Shown piece by piece: positions 37,862-49,484 of a stretch of DNA of 64,000 nt (position 1 is the stretch's first letter; the number at the start of each line of letters is the position of its first letter). The notes beneath the pieces are model-generated. The model did no database searches, was not told the origin of the DNA, and was given only the letters and a program-made list of their open reading frames with translations. A program made the position numbers and the translations under genes. Source of the DNA: an uncultured Nitrososphaeraceae archaeon (GTDB lineage: Archaea > Thermoproteota > Nitrososphaeria > Nitrososphaerales > Nitrososphaeraceae); the NCBI GenBank assembly GCA_963837175.1, contig CAWIMJ010000022.1:1-64000 (forward strand), written 5' to 3'.

Positions 37862-38371
37862 TATTTTTTTCTCTGTTTAGATTAATAATAATATTGAGGC
37901 TCATAAACAATTTAAACCTAAAATTAAGATACCTATCAAGAGAATGTAAAACATGAATATAAATAATACTACTATGTGATGTAAGAATTAAGAAAAAGCA
38001 AAGTTATATCGAAAATCAAAAATTCTATAATATCAATGATATAGCACTTTTCATATTGCCCAGTCAATGTTAGATGTAGATCTATGGGATACCAAATCAT
38101 AGTTTAGATACACTAAAAAACTTTCCAGAGCATGCCAGGACTATAATGCCTTGATAGTTTACATGGATACATGTAAAATATACGAAAAATATAAAGTATA
38201 CATATACAGATGTTTGAATTTTTGTTTCGAATACTATTTCTTTTATATCAAGTAAAATTGCGGTAGAGTAGTAGTTAGAAGCTACAAGTATACATATTAG
38301 TCTTTGGGACAACTAAGAAAATTTCATCAACCATAATGTATAACACTATCAAAATATTTTCTATCATACAA

Positions 38372-38836
38372 CTACAATTCATTCTCCATTTCAGAATGCT
38401 CTTGTGAAGTCAACATTTTGCTGAAACCCATTGAAACCCATTCTTCAATCCACACACATTTTGCAGGGCTATATTGACTAGTTTCATCGTCTGATGAACA
38501 CAGATGCTGATAATTGCAACTGATACAAGGAGCACCTTCTATGTTTGCTATTTCGATAGGTTTTTTTGCTAATTCTGCGACTATCGATGATTTTTTTACA
38601 ACCAATTTATACGTCCATCTGCCGTTATGTAACATTTTTTCTCGAGATATAAGGGACTGTTTTTCCAGATTACCTACTAATCTTGAGCCATCCCTGCTAT
38701 CAAGAGAAAACGTCTTACAAAGTTCTGTTTGGAATATTCCGTTTTCACCGCTTTTGGATATTGTGTCAAATACTTGATCAATCAACTCGCTTTTAGTTTT
38801 AATTGAAACTTTTGGATTAATTATTTCTGATGACAA
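38372..38836 (-). CDS. tfeB: Transcription factor E beta subunit (RPC34/C39 homologue, wHTH plus Fe-S)
   Basis: GIFQTEL wHTH and C-terminal PCxxC....C......P..C..I.EW cluster motif. Confidence 0.75.
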   Translation of the reverse strand: MSSEIINPKVSIKTKSELIDQVFDTISKSGENGIFQTELCKTFSLDSRDGSRLVGNLEKQSLISREKMLHNGRWTYKLVVKKSSIVAELAKKPIEIANIEGAPCISCNYQHLCSSDDETSQYSPAKCVWIEEWVSMGFSKMLTSQEHSEMENEL

Positions 38837-39126
38837 AATATATATTTTATTGTCAGTTATTCATATAAAAGTCTTCAGTTGTTTGAATTATTCTAATATA
38901 GAATAACCTCACAACTATTGCTATTATTATCATAATTATTACATAATAATATTTGTTGTCAATAAATTGCATCAAGTTAAATAATTGATATATTATTTTG
39001 GCGGATTACAGCTGAAGTTTGCATATTAAAATTATAGTAATATCATCAATTTATATATACCAAACATCTGTATTTCTATTTAAAATACCAAAATTTTAAG
39101 TAATTAACATTCTCCATATAACAATA

Positions 39127-39999
39127 TTGCCTATTACGAATCTCCAGTCTTTAATTGAAGATTGGAAAGTTAGCGTTGTTGATTCCGTTGTCTCCTCTAA
39201 TGATACTGATAGATTAGCTGAATATGCACTACATCTATCTAGGATACTTGCTTATCCAGATTTAGATGTTAGTTCCAAATTGAACGAACTAAATTCAATG
39301 AGTGAAGAGCTGAAGCAATCGATAAAGAAGTTATTGCCACTCAGGCCAACCCAATTGATAGAGAAAATTAATAATTACCTTTTTGTGGATAAGGGGTTTA
39401 AAGCGAATATTCAAGATTATTATAACCCTATGAATAGTTATCTTAACATTGTTTTGCAACACAAATCCGGCATTCCTATCACATTGTCAATGATATATAT
39501 GCAAATTGCTCATGCATTGAATTTTAAGTTGTTTCCAGTTAATTTTCCCGCTCACTTTCTTGTCAAACACGTTCTAGAAGATGACAATGGTGAGATAATT
39601 ATTGACCCATTTAATGGTGGCAGAATAATGGATGATTATGCTCTGAAGGAATTGCTCGATCAATTCTATCCACATCAGAATGTTCCTCTTACTCATGCAT
39701 TTGTTGAAAAGGCAACACCAACCCAGGTAATGATAAGAATGTTGAATAACCTAAAGGGAAGTTATTATGAAGCACAAGATATTGACAAAGCTGAAATCGC
39801 AAATGAAATGATAATTGCACTAGATCATTATAATCCAGATGCCATTCGAGACAAAGGTATGATATTATTAAAAAGAGAAAAGCCTACGGAAGCGCTCGAA
39901 ATGCTAAATTTCTACCTTGAACTAGATCCCGAGGCACAAGATGCAGACACCGTCCTAGACATAATCAGGCAAATTCGTACTGACTGGAACGGAAAGTGA
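39127..39999 (+). CDS. SirB1/transglutaminase-like protein with TPR
   Basis: DYYNP.NSYLN.VL..K.GIPITLS, VNFPAHF, IDPFNGG, RMLNNLK. Confidence 0.9.
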   Translation: MPITNLQSLIEDWKVSVVDSVVSSNDTDRLAEYALHLSRILAYPDLDVSSKLNELNSMSEELKQSIKKLLPLRPTQLIEKINNYLFVDKGFKANIQDYYNPMNSYLNIVLQHKSGIPITLSMIYMQIAHALNFKLFPVNFPAHFLVKHVLEDDNGEIIIDPFNGGRIMDDYALKELLDQFYPHQNVPLTHAFVEKATPTQVMIRMLNNLKGSYYEAQDIDKAEIANEMIIALDHYNPDAIRDKGMILLKREKPTEALEMLNFYLELDPEAQDADTVLDIIRQIRTDWNGK

Positions 40000-40223
40000 G
40001 AATATATAAGATTTCTTCGTTACAAGAATAAGATCATATAATAAAATAAGATCATTTAAATGGCTCAAAGGTCACAAATTAATCTGCTTAGGCATTGAAT
40101 GTGATTTTTGAATAAATATTTTTTCAATCCTATAAATAATTTCAATCAGGTGGATTTAGTAAACTTCAATTATTGCATATTATAATATTTGGTCTACTTT
40201 AGGATCTTGGGTGTAAATACATT

Positions 40224-40388
40224 TCACAAAGCCGGTGAGGGGATATTATAATCATCACCATCGTCTACTCTCAGACCATGTTTTTTTATATATCGTAGCA
40301 ATTCATCATGACTTTCAATTTTATAATAATGTTTCATATGTTCTAATGTTTTATCGTCATAAATGGGTTGTTTTTTTTTCTTTTTCAC
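40224..40388 (-). CDS. Small hypothetical protein (54 aa, not in the ORF track)
   Basis: GTG start, MKKKKKQPIYDDKTLEHMKHYIKIESHDELLRYIKKHGLRVDDG...; TATA-like tttaagta upstream. Confidence 0.4.
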   Translation of the reverse strand: MKKKKKQPIYDDKTLEHMKHYYKIESHDELLRYIKKHGLRVDDGDDYNIPSPAL

Positions 40389-40994
40389 TTAATAATAAAG
40401 TATAACATAATACTTAAATTTTTTTAATGACATTTTTCTTCAAATTAATTGGCGTCTTTTTAAAAGATTCTGTGTTTAAAACACGTCCAAATTCATTTTA
40501 CTTTTATTATTACATCAAGGCATTTAGCATAATAAGCCTTGTCGATTTATTGCCTCAACTATGCGTATTAGTAGCATTTCTACTGTTTTTAAGTTTTGAT
40601 ATATTACTTTATAAATGATCTTTCAAAAATGATGATGGTTTGACAGGTTCATCGATATAGAGTGATCAAAGTATGATAAATTAAGTATGATATGTCTATG
40701 TATTATGCGCGGTAGAAAGTATATACTTACTTACTTGTAAGAATAGAACTTGTGTTTCTTTTTATTTTATTTCATTTTATCCCAGTTTCATTTATAATTG
40801 GCAGATTAGGTGGTGGATGATCTGACGGTTCAGTTTCATTTACGATTGGCATTATGTTATTTGAATTAAGTGTAATAGTAGGTGTATCGGGTGTGATGTC
40901 ATAAGATGGTAGTAGTTGCGATGACGACAAGGAAATAGCATAGACAAATGTCGTAGTGGTTGTTATGATTATTATTTTTATTTAATTTAATTTA

Positions 40995-41907
40995 GAGCCT
41001 ATCCCAAAAATAGATAGGAATATAGCTCGTTTGTTTTTATTAGATTATCTGTTAAATATTTGACTAAAAGTAAAAAATATGTCAGAACAATCACATGTAT
41101 TCCAGATCACTTATGGAATGAAATTAAAAATATTTTGCCAGATGAAAAACCAGAGAATACTATAGGTAGACCAGTTGTTTCATATAGAAAAGTACTTGAT
41201 GGCATACTATTTGTTTTAAGAACTGGCTGCCAGTGGAAAATGTTACCCAAAGACTATGGATCTGGTTCTACTACATGCCATAGAAGATTTCAGCAATGGA
41301 TACAATTAGGTATTTTCGATACACTATGGTCTAGATTGCTAAAAATATATGATAACAAAAGAGGAATCAAATGGAACTGGCAATCACTTGACAGCAGCAT
41401 CTCAATAAAATCGCCTTTAGGGGGGCGATGACTGGACATAATCCTACTGACAGAAGCAAATTAGGCAGTAAAAGACATATTTTAGTGGATAAAGAAGGTA
41501 TTCCCCTATCTACTTTTATAACATCTGCAAATACTCATGATGCTACTGTTGCAATTGATACTGTTGATAGCATGGTTATCAAAAGAAGACAGTCATACAA
41601 ACTAATTGATAAAAATAAGAGGAAGAAGCAAAATCTATGTCTTGATAAAGCATATCATTCCAAAGAAGTAGAACAAGAAATCATCAAAAGAGGATACATA
41701 CCACATATACGACACAGAAGAAAGAAGAAAAACAATTCAAAAAGAAACATCCTGCAAGAAGATGGGTAGTAGAGAGAACAAATTCTTGGCATAACAGATT
41801 CAGGAAGTTATTTACTAGATATGAAAAGAAGGAGGAGAACTATCTTGGTCTTGTACAACTAGCAAGTAGCCTTATTGTTTATAGGAGGTCAATTTTGGGA
41901 TAGGCTC
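40995..41907 (+). mobile_element. IS5-family insertion sequence (913 bp, TTA target duplication)
   Basis: Perfect terminal IRs gagcctatcccaaaa / ttttgggataggctc; TTA on both sides. Confidence 0.93.
41060..41903 (+). pseudogene. IS5 DDE transposase in three frames
   Basis: LRTGCQWKMLP, CLDKAY, RWVVERTNSW; shifts at the G-run near 41420 and the A-rich run near 41730. Confidence 0.85.
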
Positions 41908-42053
41908 TTAGTTGCAGTATCTCCACCATAAGCAGAGTTAGCTGATTGAATGGGTGTAGGTTCTTTCCGTACTAAGGAAGGAAGACAATTAATTAGGCTC
42001 TTTAGTATATTGATATCTATATCACAGATGGCGAGCTTGAACCTTGAAGGAAA

Positions 42054-42420
42054 CTATTCTGATAGCGATACTGATTGCGATATTGACCGCAGCATCATTC
42101 CTGCTTTTGTCAATGACTCAGACTCCAGTGATACCGATTCGGCTGATAGCTGTCGGAATTTGGATCCTACTCGTTGCAGCAGTTCTGACAACAGTGTTAT
42201 TTCTGACTCAAGAGCGCGAAGTGCTTTTGTGAGCCTTGTTACTTGACTGCTCTGATGCTGTTAGTCTCTGTTATCATATCCCTTATCGCTTTCTTTGCAC
42301 CTGCTAACGATACATCATAATCAGGTACTGATTCTAATACTAGCGAGCGCAGCGCTGTTGCTATTCTCCCAAGCGACTCGCATGCTGCTGTTGAAATACT
42401 CTCTATTGCTAAACTTCGTA
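42054..42420 (-). pseudogene. Decayed S/E-rich repeat protein, possibly a virion protein
   Basis: Minus frames LRSLAIESIS.., LRSLVLESV.., FRQLSAESVSLESESLTK, LRSISQSVSLSE; elevated GC; adjacent to TerL. Confidence 0.4.
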
Positions 42421-42437
42421 ATGATATCTTGAATCTT

Positions 42438-44013
42438 CTATTTGTTCCCTAGCTCGAAGTACTTCAAGCACATTCTAAAGGCGTCAAAAACGTCGCTATG
42501 CGCCGTTCTTTCTTTGTCCAGCGCTCCGTCGTTCTCGTAAGCGGTTCTGATTGCTGTCACTAGCTTAGTAAAGTTCGGGTGAATTGCAATGTAGTGCTTA
42601 TCAAGCAACATTTTGGCGTGGCCTAGCATGGCCTTGTGTTCCTTATTGGCACCACTTTGCCAAGCCAGTGATCTGGACTCCTAAAGCCAGAGCGCTTAGA
42701 CCTTTCTATCACGTCCTCATAGTTAGGATCCTCTCCTATAGCAATCTTAAGCGCTCTAGTGAATGCAGAAGCTGAGCTGTCAACGTAAACTTTGGCGTCT
42801 GTATCAGCAATGATCCCATATTGATACATCAGATTTCTTGCTACGTCTACCATTACATTAAAGTTGGGACGATTGAATTCCTCTGCGTACAGGACTTGAA
42901 TCAAACTACCAAAGTTTGAATCCGTGTATGTCTTTGTGATAGTAGTAGTCTTCTTTATAATAGGATCGGTAGTAGTAGTAGTAGTAGTAGTTGATACATT
43001 CAGAAGCTGACATACACAGAAGCCGCAAGCGCTAGAACCCCAACCTGGATCTATCGCCATAGCTTTCTTTGCAAAAGGATTGATTGCAGCCTTTGGTTTA
43101 TTCGGATCGTAAAGCTGTGAACCTTTCTCTATTGCAGCCTGTATTGAGGATTCAGAAAAGGTAGTACCGATATGTCCACCATATTTCAGACAATATTCTC
43201 TTTGGAAGCTGGGAGAAGCCATAGCCTCTGCAATCTCTTCCTCGGAGTATATCTTGTTTAAGCCGTAAGTGTAATCTAGGTACAGCCGTTTATACAGGCA
43301 CCTTTCTGCCGGTTCTAGCTCAATGCTCTCGAACAAGCCGCCTGGCCTGTTGGGTGTACTGACCATTACTATGTACGGATTTGACTTTGCTATGTACCGC
43401 TCCGAACGTCTCTGGCGTCCTGTTGCTGGCCTGGAGGATAGAAATCTGCCTCCTCGTTTAAGATAAAAGAGACATTGGCAAGCCCTCTCATTGCGTCCAG
43501 ATGGTGACTTGGGTAGGCTTCTATGGTACAGCCGTTCAGCTCGATAACAGTCTCCTTACTGTCAAAATATATTGCAGCTTTAGGTTCAAAGAGCCGCTTC
43601 ATTCTGTCTATAAGCGTTATAGCTAGGTCTATCCTTGGGCCTGTGACAACGCACATTTGAGACCCGGCAAGTACTTTATCTTTCAAAGCAAGCCACGCCA
43701 TGTAACGCAGCATGAACTCGGTAATCCCCAGGCCGGTTGACTTCTTTATGAATACGTGCTTATGCTTATCCAGTGCGTCATAGACTATCTTCTGATAAGG
43801 ATATAGCGGCCGCTCGGTGTTACTCTTCACAGGTAGACCAATAATGTGGTTGAAACAGCAATCCCCTCTTGTCTTAATGTCCTCTGCCTTGTGTTGTTCT
43901 ACGTTCCAAATCCAAAAAGGTTTATGTTTTAATCTGTTAAAGAATCTTGTTTTATCGGAGTTGGATTCTGATTGTCTATAGTGAATTAGCTTTTGTAGTT
44001 CTTTGAAGGTCAT
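42438..44013 (-). pseudogene. terL: Terminase large subunit (TerL), two frameshifts
   Basis: LYPYQ adenine motif, KKSTGLGITE, ILNEEAD, MVSTPN coupling motif, RNase H-type nuclease IDPGWG..VDSS..HSDVFDAFR. Confidence 0.8.
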
Positions 44014-44159
44014 CTTCTTGTGTTGTTACTAAGATAGAGTAATACTAGGAATGCTATAAAAATAATACTCTATTATTGTCTTCTTAGTTCATTCAGAAGG
44101 AAGGATGAAAAGAAAATAAGAAGAAAACGGCAAGCGGAGCTGAAATATATATAAATAAA

Positions 44160-44408
44160 TCAGGTTGCTTTGTGAGCCGCAATGTTCTTTATTGCTACAT
44201 CAATGGGTTCATGAGGAAGTATAGGAATATGTTCTCTTGTCAAGTCAAAACTAATCAGATCATTGTTTTTCCCTTGGGATATTGCATGTATTTTATTAGA
44301 TACTGTAGAAAGATTTGGAGTAGTAGCGAAGAGGTTAGAAAATAAAGTCACACCACTAAACATACAGGACGCTGTCCCGACCATTATTAACGCATATATT
44401 AGATTCAT
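44160..44408 (-). CDS. Small exported hypothetical protein
   Basis: Signal-like N-terminus, 82 aa. Confidence 0.4.
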   Translation of the reverse strand: MNLIYALIMVGTASCMFSGVTLFSNLFATTPNLSTVSNKIHAISQGKNNDLISFDLTREHIPILPHEPIDVAIKNIAAHKAT

Positions 44409-44640
44409 TTTATTTTCTTCTTATATTAAAGACTGATTTTTGGTATATAATAATTGAGGAACATATGCCTAAACAACGTATGTATTTCTTTAGTTTCTCA
44501 GCATGCTTATAGCTTGGATTTAGAGAATCGTACCACAAGTAAGAAAAAGAAGATGTATATTATACAAGTGTGTTTTTCCTCATTATACTCAATTGAAGAA
44601 TAATGGAAAAAGATAGCAGGAGAATAATGGAGAGATTTGG

Positions 44641-45327
44641 TTGCACGATGTTAGCGATAATAATGAAAATCACATTAACATTCCAGACAATAGGAGCCGC
44701 ATCTATGATTACATTAAGAATAAACCTGGATCCCATCTTAGGAAGATCAACAAGGAGCTTACCTTATCTATGGGAGATACTCAACACCATTTGAGAAATC
44801 TTGAAAAATCTGGGGTAGTAAAGTCAAAACGCATGGGTATCTACAAAGTTTACTACCCAGTTTCTATTTTGGAAGGAAGACAAGAATCTATACTATCTAC
44901 ACTTCAACAAGACACACCAAGGGAAATAGTGATACATATAGTAGAACATCCTGGAACCACACAAAGTGAAATAGCCGATCATATGGGTTTCTCTTCACCA
45001 ACGATCAATTGGCACATGTCGAATTTAATAGAAATTGGCTTGGTTAGAGTCCAGAAGGACAGACAGTTTGTAAAATACTACATAAAAGGAGACATCAAAG
45101 ACATAACTAGTCTTCTAAAGTTATACTACCCTACACTGTGGAGCAAATTATCATCTAGGTTAGATGACCTTTTCTTGGATTTATCAACAGCATCGCGATC
45201 CTACAGTGTAGGTGTTGCAAATGAGGATATAACCATCAATAGAAAAAAACAACAAGTAATTGAAAAAGAAGAATATGAAGATCAAGATAACGATGAAGAC
45301 AAACATAAAAAAATAGGAGAACAGTAG
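44641..45327 (+). CDS. Double winged-helix (ArsR-like) transcriptional regulator
   Basis: IYDYIKNKPGSHLRKI..HHL..LE and IVEHPG.TQSEIA...STINWH. Confidence 0.88.
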   Translation: MHDVSDNNENHINIPDNRSRIYDYIKNKPGSHLRKINKELTLSMGDTQHHLRNLEKSGVVKSKRMGIYKVYYPVSILEGRQESILSTLQQDTPREIVIHIVEHPGTTQSEIADHMGFSSPTINWHMSNLIEIGLVRVQKDRQFVKYYIKGDIKDITSLLKLYYPTLWSKLSSRLDDLFLDLSTASRSYSVGVANEDITINRKKQQVIEKEEYEDQDNDEDKHKKIGEQ

Positions 45328-45332
45328 CCAAT

Positions 45333-45791
45333 ATGAAATTTCGTCATCATCGTAACTATATCTCTACTTCTTCTTCTATGTTATTAGTTATAACAACAAT
45401 AATCCTGCTTCTTTCAATTGCTTTCTTTCTCCTTTCTTCTAATCCATTAGTTATTGCTGAGCAGAATGGTGAAGATGGGAATGATTTATTGGATAAGGGA
45501 GATGTAGCTGATATATTTGATTTTGGAACTGGAATATTTGCAGCAATTCTCTTTGCTTTATCATTAAAAGCTTATAGGAATCTTAGGTCTAAGAAGCTGC
45601 TCTTTGTTGCAGGTGCATTTGGATTATTTGCTATCCGTACAATAGTATCAAGACTTGATATTTTCATGCCTGAAATTGAATCTACTATTTTGGAGTTACT
45701 TTTAGCAGTTATGAGTTTCGCAGCCCTTGCTCTATTTTTCTTAGCTATCGTAAAGCGTGAGAAAATCAAGACCAAATACGTGCAAACATGA
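45333..45791 (+). CDS. Membrane protein coupled to the wHTH gene
   Basis: SLKAYR..RSKKLLFV..AFGLF motif shared with 50030-50449; 5-nt gap to the wHTH gene. Confidence 0.75.
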   Translation: MKFRHHRNYISTSSSMLLVITTIILLLSIAFFLLSSNPLVIAEQNGEDGNDLLDKGDVADIFDFGTGIFAAILFALSLKAYRNLRSKKLLFVAGAFGLFAIRTIVSRLDIFMPEIESTILELLLAVMSFAALALFFLAIVKREKIKTKYVQT

Positions 45792-46019
45792 ATAACTTCT
45801 ACCACACTACCACTACTATTTTGTTCAACCCTATCTATTGTATTTGATATACTCATTCATTCGAGCCGTAGAAAAAGTAGCGTCGTTACTCAAATCTAAA
45901 TAAAATGTTTACAATATATATTTAGATTCACCACGATCCCAAGCGCTTAACATTTATCTAAGGCGAATTAGGCTAAGCACATAGTCGAAGTAGACGAAAA
46001 GATAATCACTGTTTTCATT

Positions 46020-46337
46020 GTGAATCCAGATGGCAATATTTCTGATTTATTCATAGCAGTGGATGCAAATATAGATAATTCTATGGTTGAATCTGTAAGG
46101 TCAGCTCTAAATCTTAAATTTGAAGATAAGCAAGATCAAACAACAAATCCCTCCTCATTAGGAGAACATCTTTGTGATATATCTGAATACGACAAAATAA
46201 GAATTATTAAAATATATGAGTCAAATCGTTTAATAGTAGTATTAGCACAGAGCTGTACTTCTCCTGGAGAAGTTGCTGAAACAGTCTTAGGCTATCTGTA
46301 TGAATCTGATGAAGAGCAACCAAAAAGTTTATTCTAA
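46020..46337 (+). CDS. Hypothetical protein (roadblock-like)
   Basis: 105-aa ORF, LG......EYDKIRII pattern. Confidence 0.5.
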   Translation: MNPDGNISDLFIAVDANIDNSMVESVRSALNLKFEDKQDQTTNPSSLGEHLCDISEYDKIRIIKIYESNRLIVVLAQSCTSPGEVAETVLGYLYESDEEQPKSLF

Positions 46338-46553
46338 AATATCCTATGCTTTCTTTGTAAATCTTCAATGCATTAGACATTATTTATATATTCAAAAGGC
46401 TCGTCAATGATCTCTAATATTGGTTCTGCAAGATCTTCCAAATATTGAATGCCTATAGGATAAGTAAAACAATTCTATCTATCTAATATAACACAATGCA
46501 AACGATTAAGAGCTAATTCTGCATATATATAATTGAGGTGATATTTCACAGAT

Positions 46554-46895
46554 ATGAGTGCTGCACATAATAGCGATAAACAATTTCTTTTATACCAGCT
46601 AAAGTGGATGGGAATATATATTGCGATAGGTTTTGCCATATCTTTAGCTCTACCATTTCCTCTATCTTTGGTTGGAGCACTGGGAGCTTTCCTACTCTTA
46701 AATTTCATTAGAACAAGAAGAATACTAAAAAGATCAGGTATTGATATGAAAGGATTGTTTAGGTCACTGTCATCCGCTTCTTCGCCTTCAATGTATGGTT
46801 CTAATCCACTAAAGTACTATTGTATGAGCTGTGGGAAAGAACATAAGGAAATTGCATGTCCTAATTGCGGTTCAAAGATGAAAAGAGTAGGATAG
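46554..46895 (+). CDS. 2-TM protein with C-terminal zinc ribbon
   Basis: CMSCG......CPNCGSKM. Confidence 0.75.
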   Translation: MSAAHNSDKQFLLYQLKWMGIYIAIGFAISLALPFPLSLVGALGAFLLLNFIRTRRILKRSGIDMKGLFRSLSSASSPSMYGSNPLKYYCMSCGKEHKEIACPNCGSKMKRVG

Positions 46896-47463
46896 ATATA
46901 GAAACAGAAACCGTACTCTTTCTACTTAGTTGTGTGTGGGATCTTGTCAACCTATAGCGATTTCTACTCCTTTTACTCAAATTCAACGATGAGAGCAATA
47001 AAAACATCAATAATTACTTTCTAGCTAGTTATTAGTTTGCTGAACAAAGCCATCTAGCTATATCTCTAACTAACTGAATGAATTGTTCTATTGGTGCAGT
47101 AAGAATGAGTCACGTTAGATCAGGAATTATCTTCAGGTCTCTTTCTTCAAGCAGCCAAGATCCACTGCAAGTTTTACTGTGATTGTTGTACATTTTTACA
47201 TCTAATAAGTTCATTTAACTACTGTTGTTGTTGCTGTCGTTGGGATAGTTGTCGGTGTTGTTATTGTTGAACTTATTATATTATTTGATGAAAGAATTTT
47301 TGTTTCTTTTATTACTACTGCTTTCTTTTCTCTAGTAATAATATCATCTTCTTCTTTTTCTTTCTCTTTCCTATCTTTACTTTTATTATTAGTATCCTTA
47401 TCGCTATTCTTGTTCTTGTTTCTGTTATTATTATTGCTACTACTATGATGACTGAAACGTAGA

Positions 47464-48336
47464 TCAGAGATACCTTTTCTCTAATTCCAAATATCTCTGT
47501 AAATCCACGAGTTTATTAAATTCTTTGAATGTAACCATCATTTTACGTCCTCGTTTTGTAGCGCCAGTCTTTCTTAACTCAGTAAACACTTCTCTTATGG
47601 CAAATGCTGCTGCATATAATCCTGATAATGGAAATACTGCAATTCTATAGCCCATTTTTAATAGCTCATTCGCAGACAAATTAGGTGTTACTCCCTCTTC
47701 TATCATATTTGCTACTAATGGAGCATCTATTTCATCAGCTATTTTTTTCAATTCCTCCACTGTTTTAGGAGCCTCAACAAAGATAACATCTGCGCCCATT
47801 TTACGATATTCTTTGCCTCTTTTGATAGCTTCATCTATACCAAGTGGAGCGCGAGCATCTGTTCTTGCAACAATGATAAAATCCTTGCTTTTACGGGCTT
47901 CTAATGCTGCTTTTAATTTTGAAATATAATCATTTTTAGAAATCACATCTTTTCCCATCATATGTCCGCATCTTTTAGGCCATACTTGATCCTCTAGAAA
48001 AATACCATTGGCTCCTAGATTTTCTAGATCACGAACGAGTCGCCACACGCTTAAAGGATTGCCATATCCGGTGTCAACATCAACTAGAACTGGAACATTT
48101 ACCGAACGTATGATCCTGCGAGCATTGTCTACAGTTTCACCTGCATTGAGAAATCCATAGTCGGGCATTCCTAGAAGAGTAGCAGCAGAACCATATCCAG
48201 TTTGAAACATTGCGTCAAAGCCCACTTGTTCTGCAATTCTAGCGCTTAACGCATCGAAAACTCCTGGCAATACTATGATTCTTTTCTTATCCTCAATTTG
48301 TTCTCTTAATGGTATTTTGATAGTTGATTTTTGCAT
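47464..48336 (-). CDS. prpB: 2-methylisocitrate lyase / PEP-mutase family enzyme
   Basis: DVDTGYG, EDQVWPKRCGH, VARTDA. Confidence 0.8.
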   Translation of the reverse strand: MQKSTIKIPLREQIEDKKRIIVLPGVFDALSARIAEQVGFDAMFQTGYGSAATLLGMPDYGFLNAGETVDNARRIIRSVNVPVLVDVDTGYGNPLSVWRLVRDLENLGANGIFLEDQVWPKRCGHMMGKDVISKNDYISKLKAALEARKSKDFIIVARTDARAPLGIDEAIKRGKEYRKMGADVIFVEAPKTVEELKKIADEIDAPLVANMIEEGVTPNLSANELLKMGYRIAVFPLSGLYAAAFAIREVFTELRKTGATKRGRKMMVTFKEFNKLVDLQRYLELEKRYL

Positions 48337-48815
48337 TCAATCATAAAAATACAGCAGAAATTATTAAATAGTTGTTCTATTCTTTATTCAGCTAGCTTTT
48401 ATTCATCGTTTCTAAATTAGGCACTACAGAATCTCTAACATAAATGGATACCGATTTTACTCCATAATATTTTGCTTGAAATTAATCTTTCATTTAGGAA
48501 TTACTATTTATAATTCATAGTTTCATTTTCAATTGCAAAAGTCAAAAAATGGATATATAATTCAGAGAGATATCGAAGATATATAAATATAGACAACAAC
48601 TTATCATTCATTTTTTCTATTGTCGTCCCATCATACAATTAGAAACATTTTACTTGTCTTTAACAAAAAATAATTTCTTTATCATTGCATTAATGGCGTC
48701 AAACAGAACAATATCAATGTAATAATAATAATAATAATAATAATAATATAAAAAATAAAACTTGATATTATCTTAATTTTGGGAATAGTGATGTTGCAGG
48801 AACTCGTACTTTCAC

Positions 48816-48998
48816 TTATTGTTTTCTTATTGATGCTTTTGTTTTTTTTCTTTCCACTATTTCAAATGAACCATCTAGTTGTTTTGTCACATTTATGTTA
48901 CATACTCGACATTCATAGTATTTTACTGGGGGATCATGACTAATTGAACCATTTAACCATATCATTATTGCACCGCATATAGGACAATTCATCGTCAT
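48816..48998 (-). CDS. Small zinc-finger protein
   Basis: MNCPICG...YYECRVC. Confidence 0.55.
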   Translation of the reverse strand: MTMNCPICGAIMIWLNGSISHDPPVKYYECRVCNINVTKQLDGSFEIVERKKTKASIRKQ

Positions 48999-49484
48999 AT
49001 TCCAATTTTGTATATGACTATTAATATGTTTTTTATTAACTTCTAAAAAATGAATAAACCGGTCATAAGAATTATTATCAAAACCTAAGAAACTCAAGCT
49101 ATAACTTGGAGAACATCATAGAACAAAAAAAGTAGAGACTATCTACAGAAAAAGACGGGTAGATTCCTAAACGTATTTTGTTAAGCATTAGAATTATAGT
49201 CTTGTTTTGGTCTCAAAATAGATATGAGATTTGGCATATAAGTAGAAGAATCAAAATTATTCAATCTTTTGACTGCTAGCGATTATAATCTAAATCAGGT
49301 AACAGTCTATCAAGTGATCTGTTTTCATTTCATTTCTGCATCATAGTTACCGATTGCCTGACTTACCGCATTTTTAAGTTACTCAGTCTAACTTGGGTGT
49401 AGTAAACTTAAAAATAACTTCATACTACAATAATGATAATGAAATAACATTGAATCTTAATCTTAATATAGATCTTTTATATCA

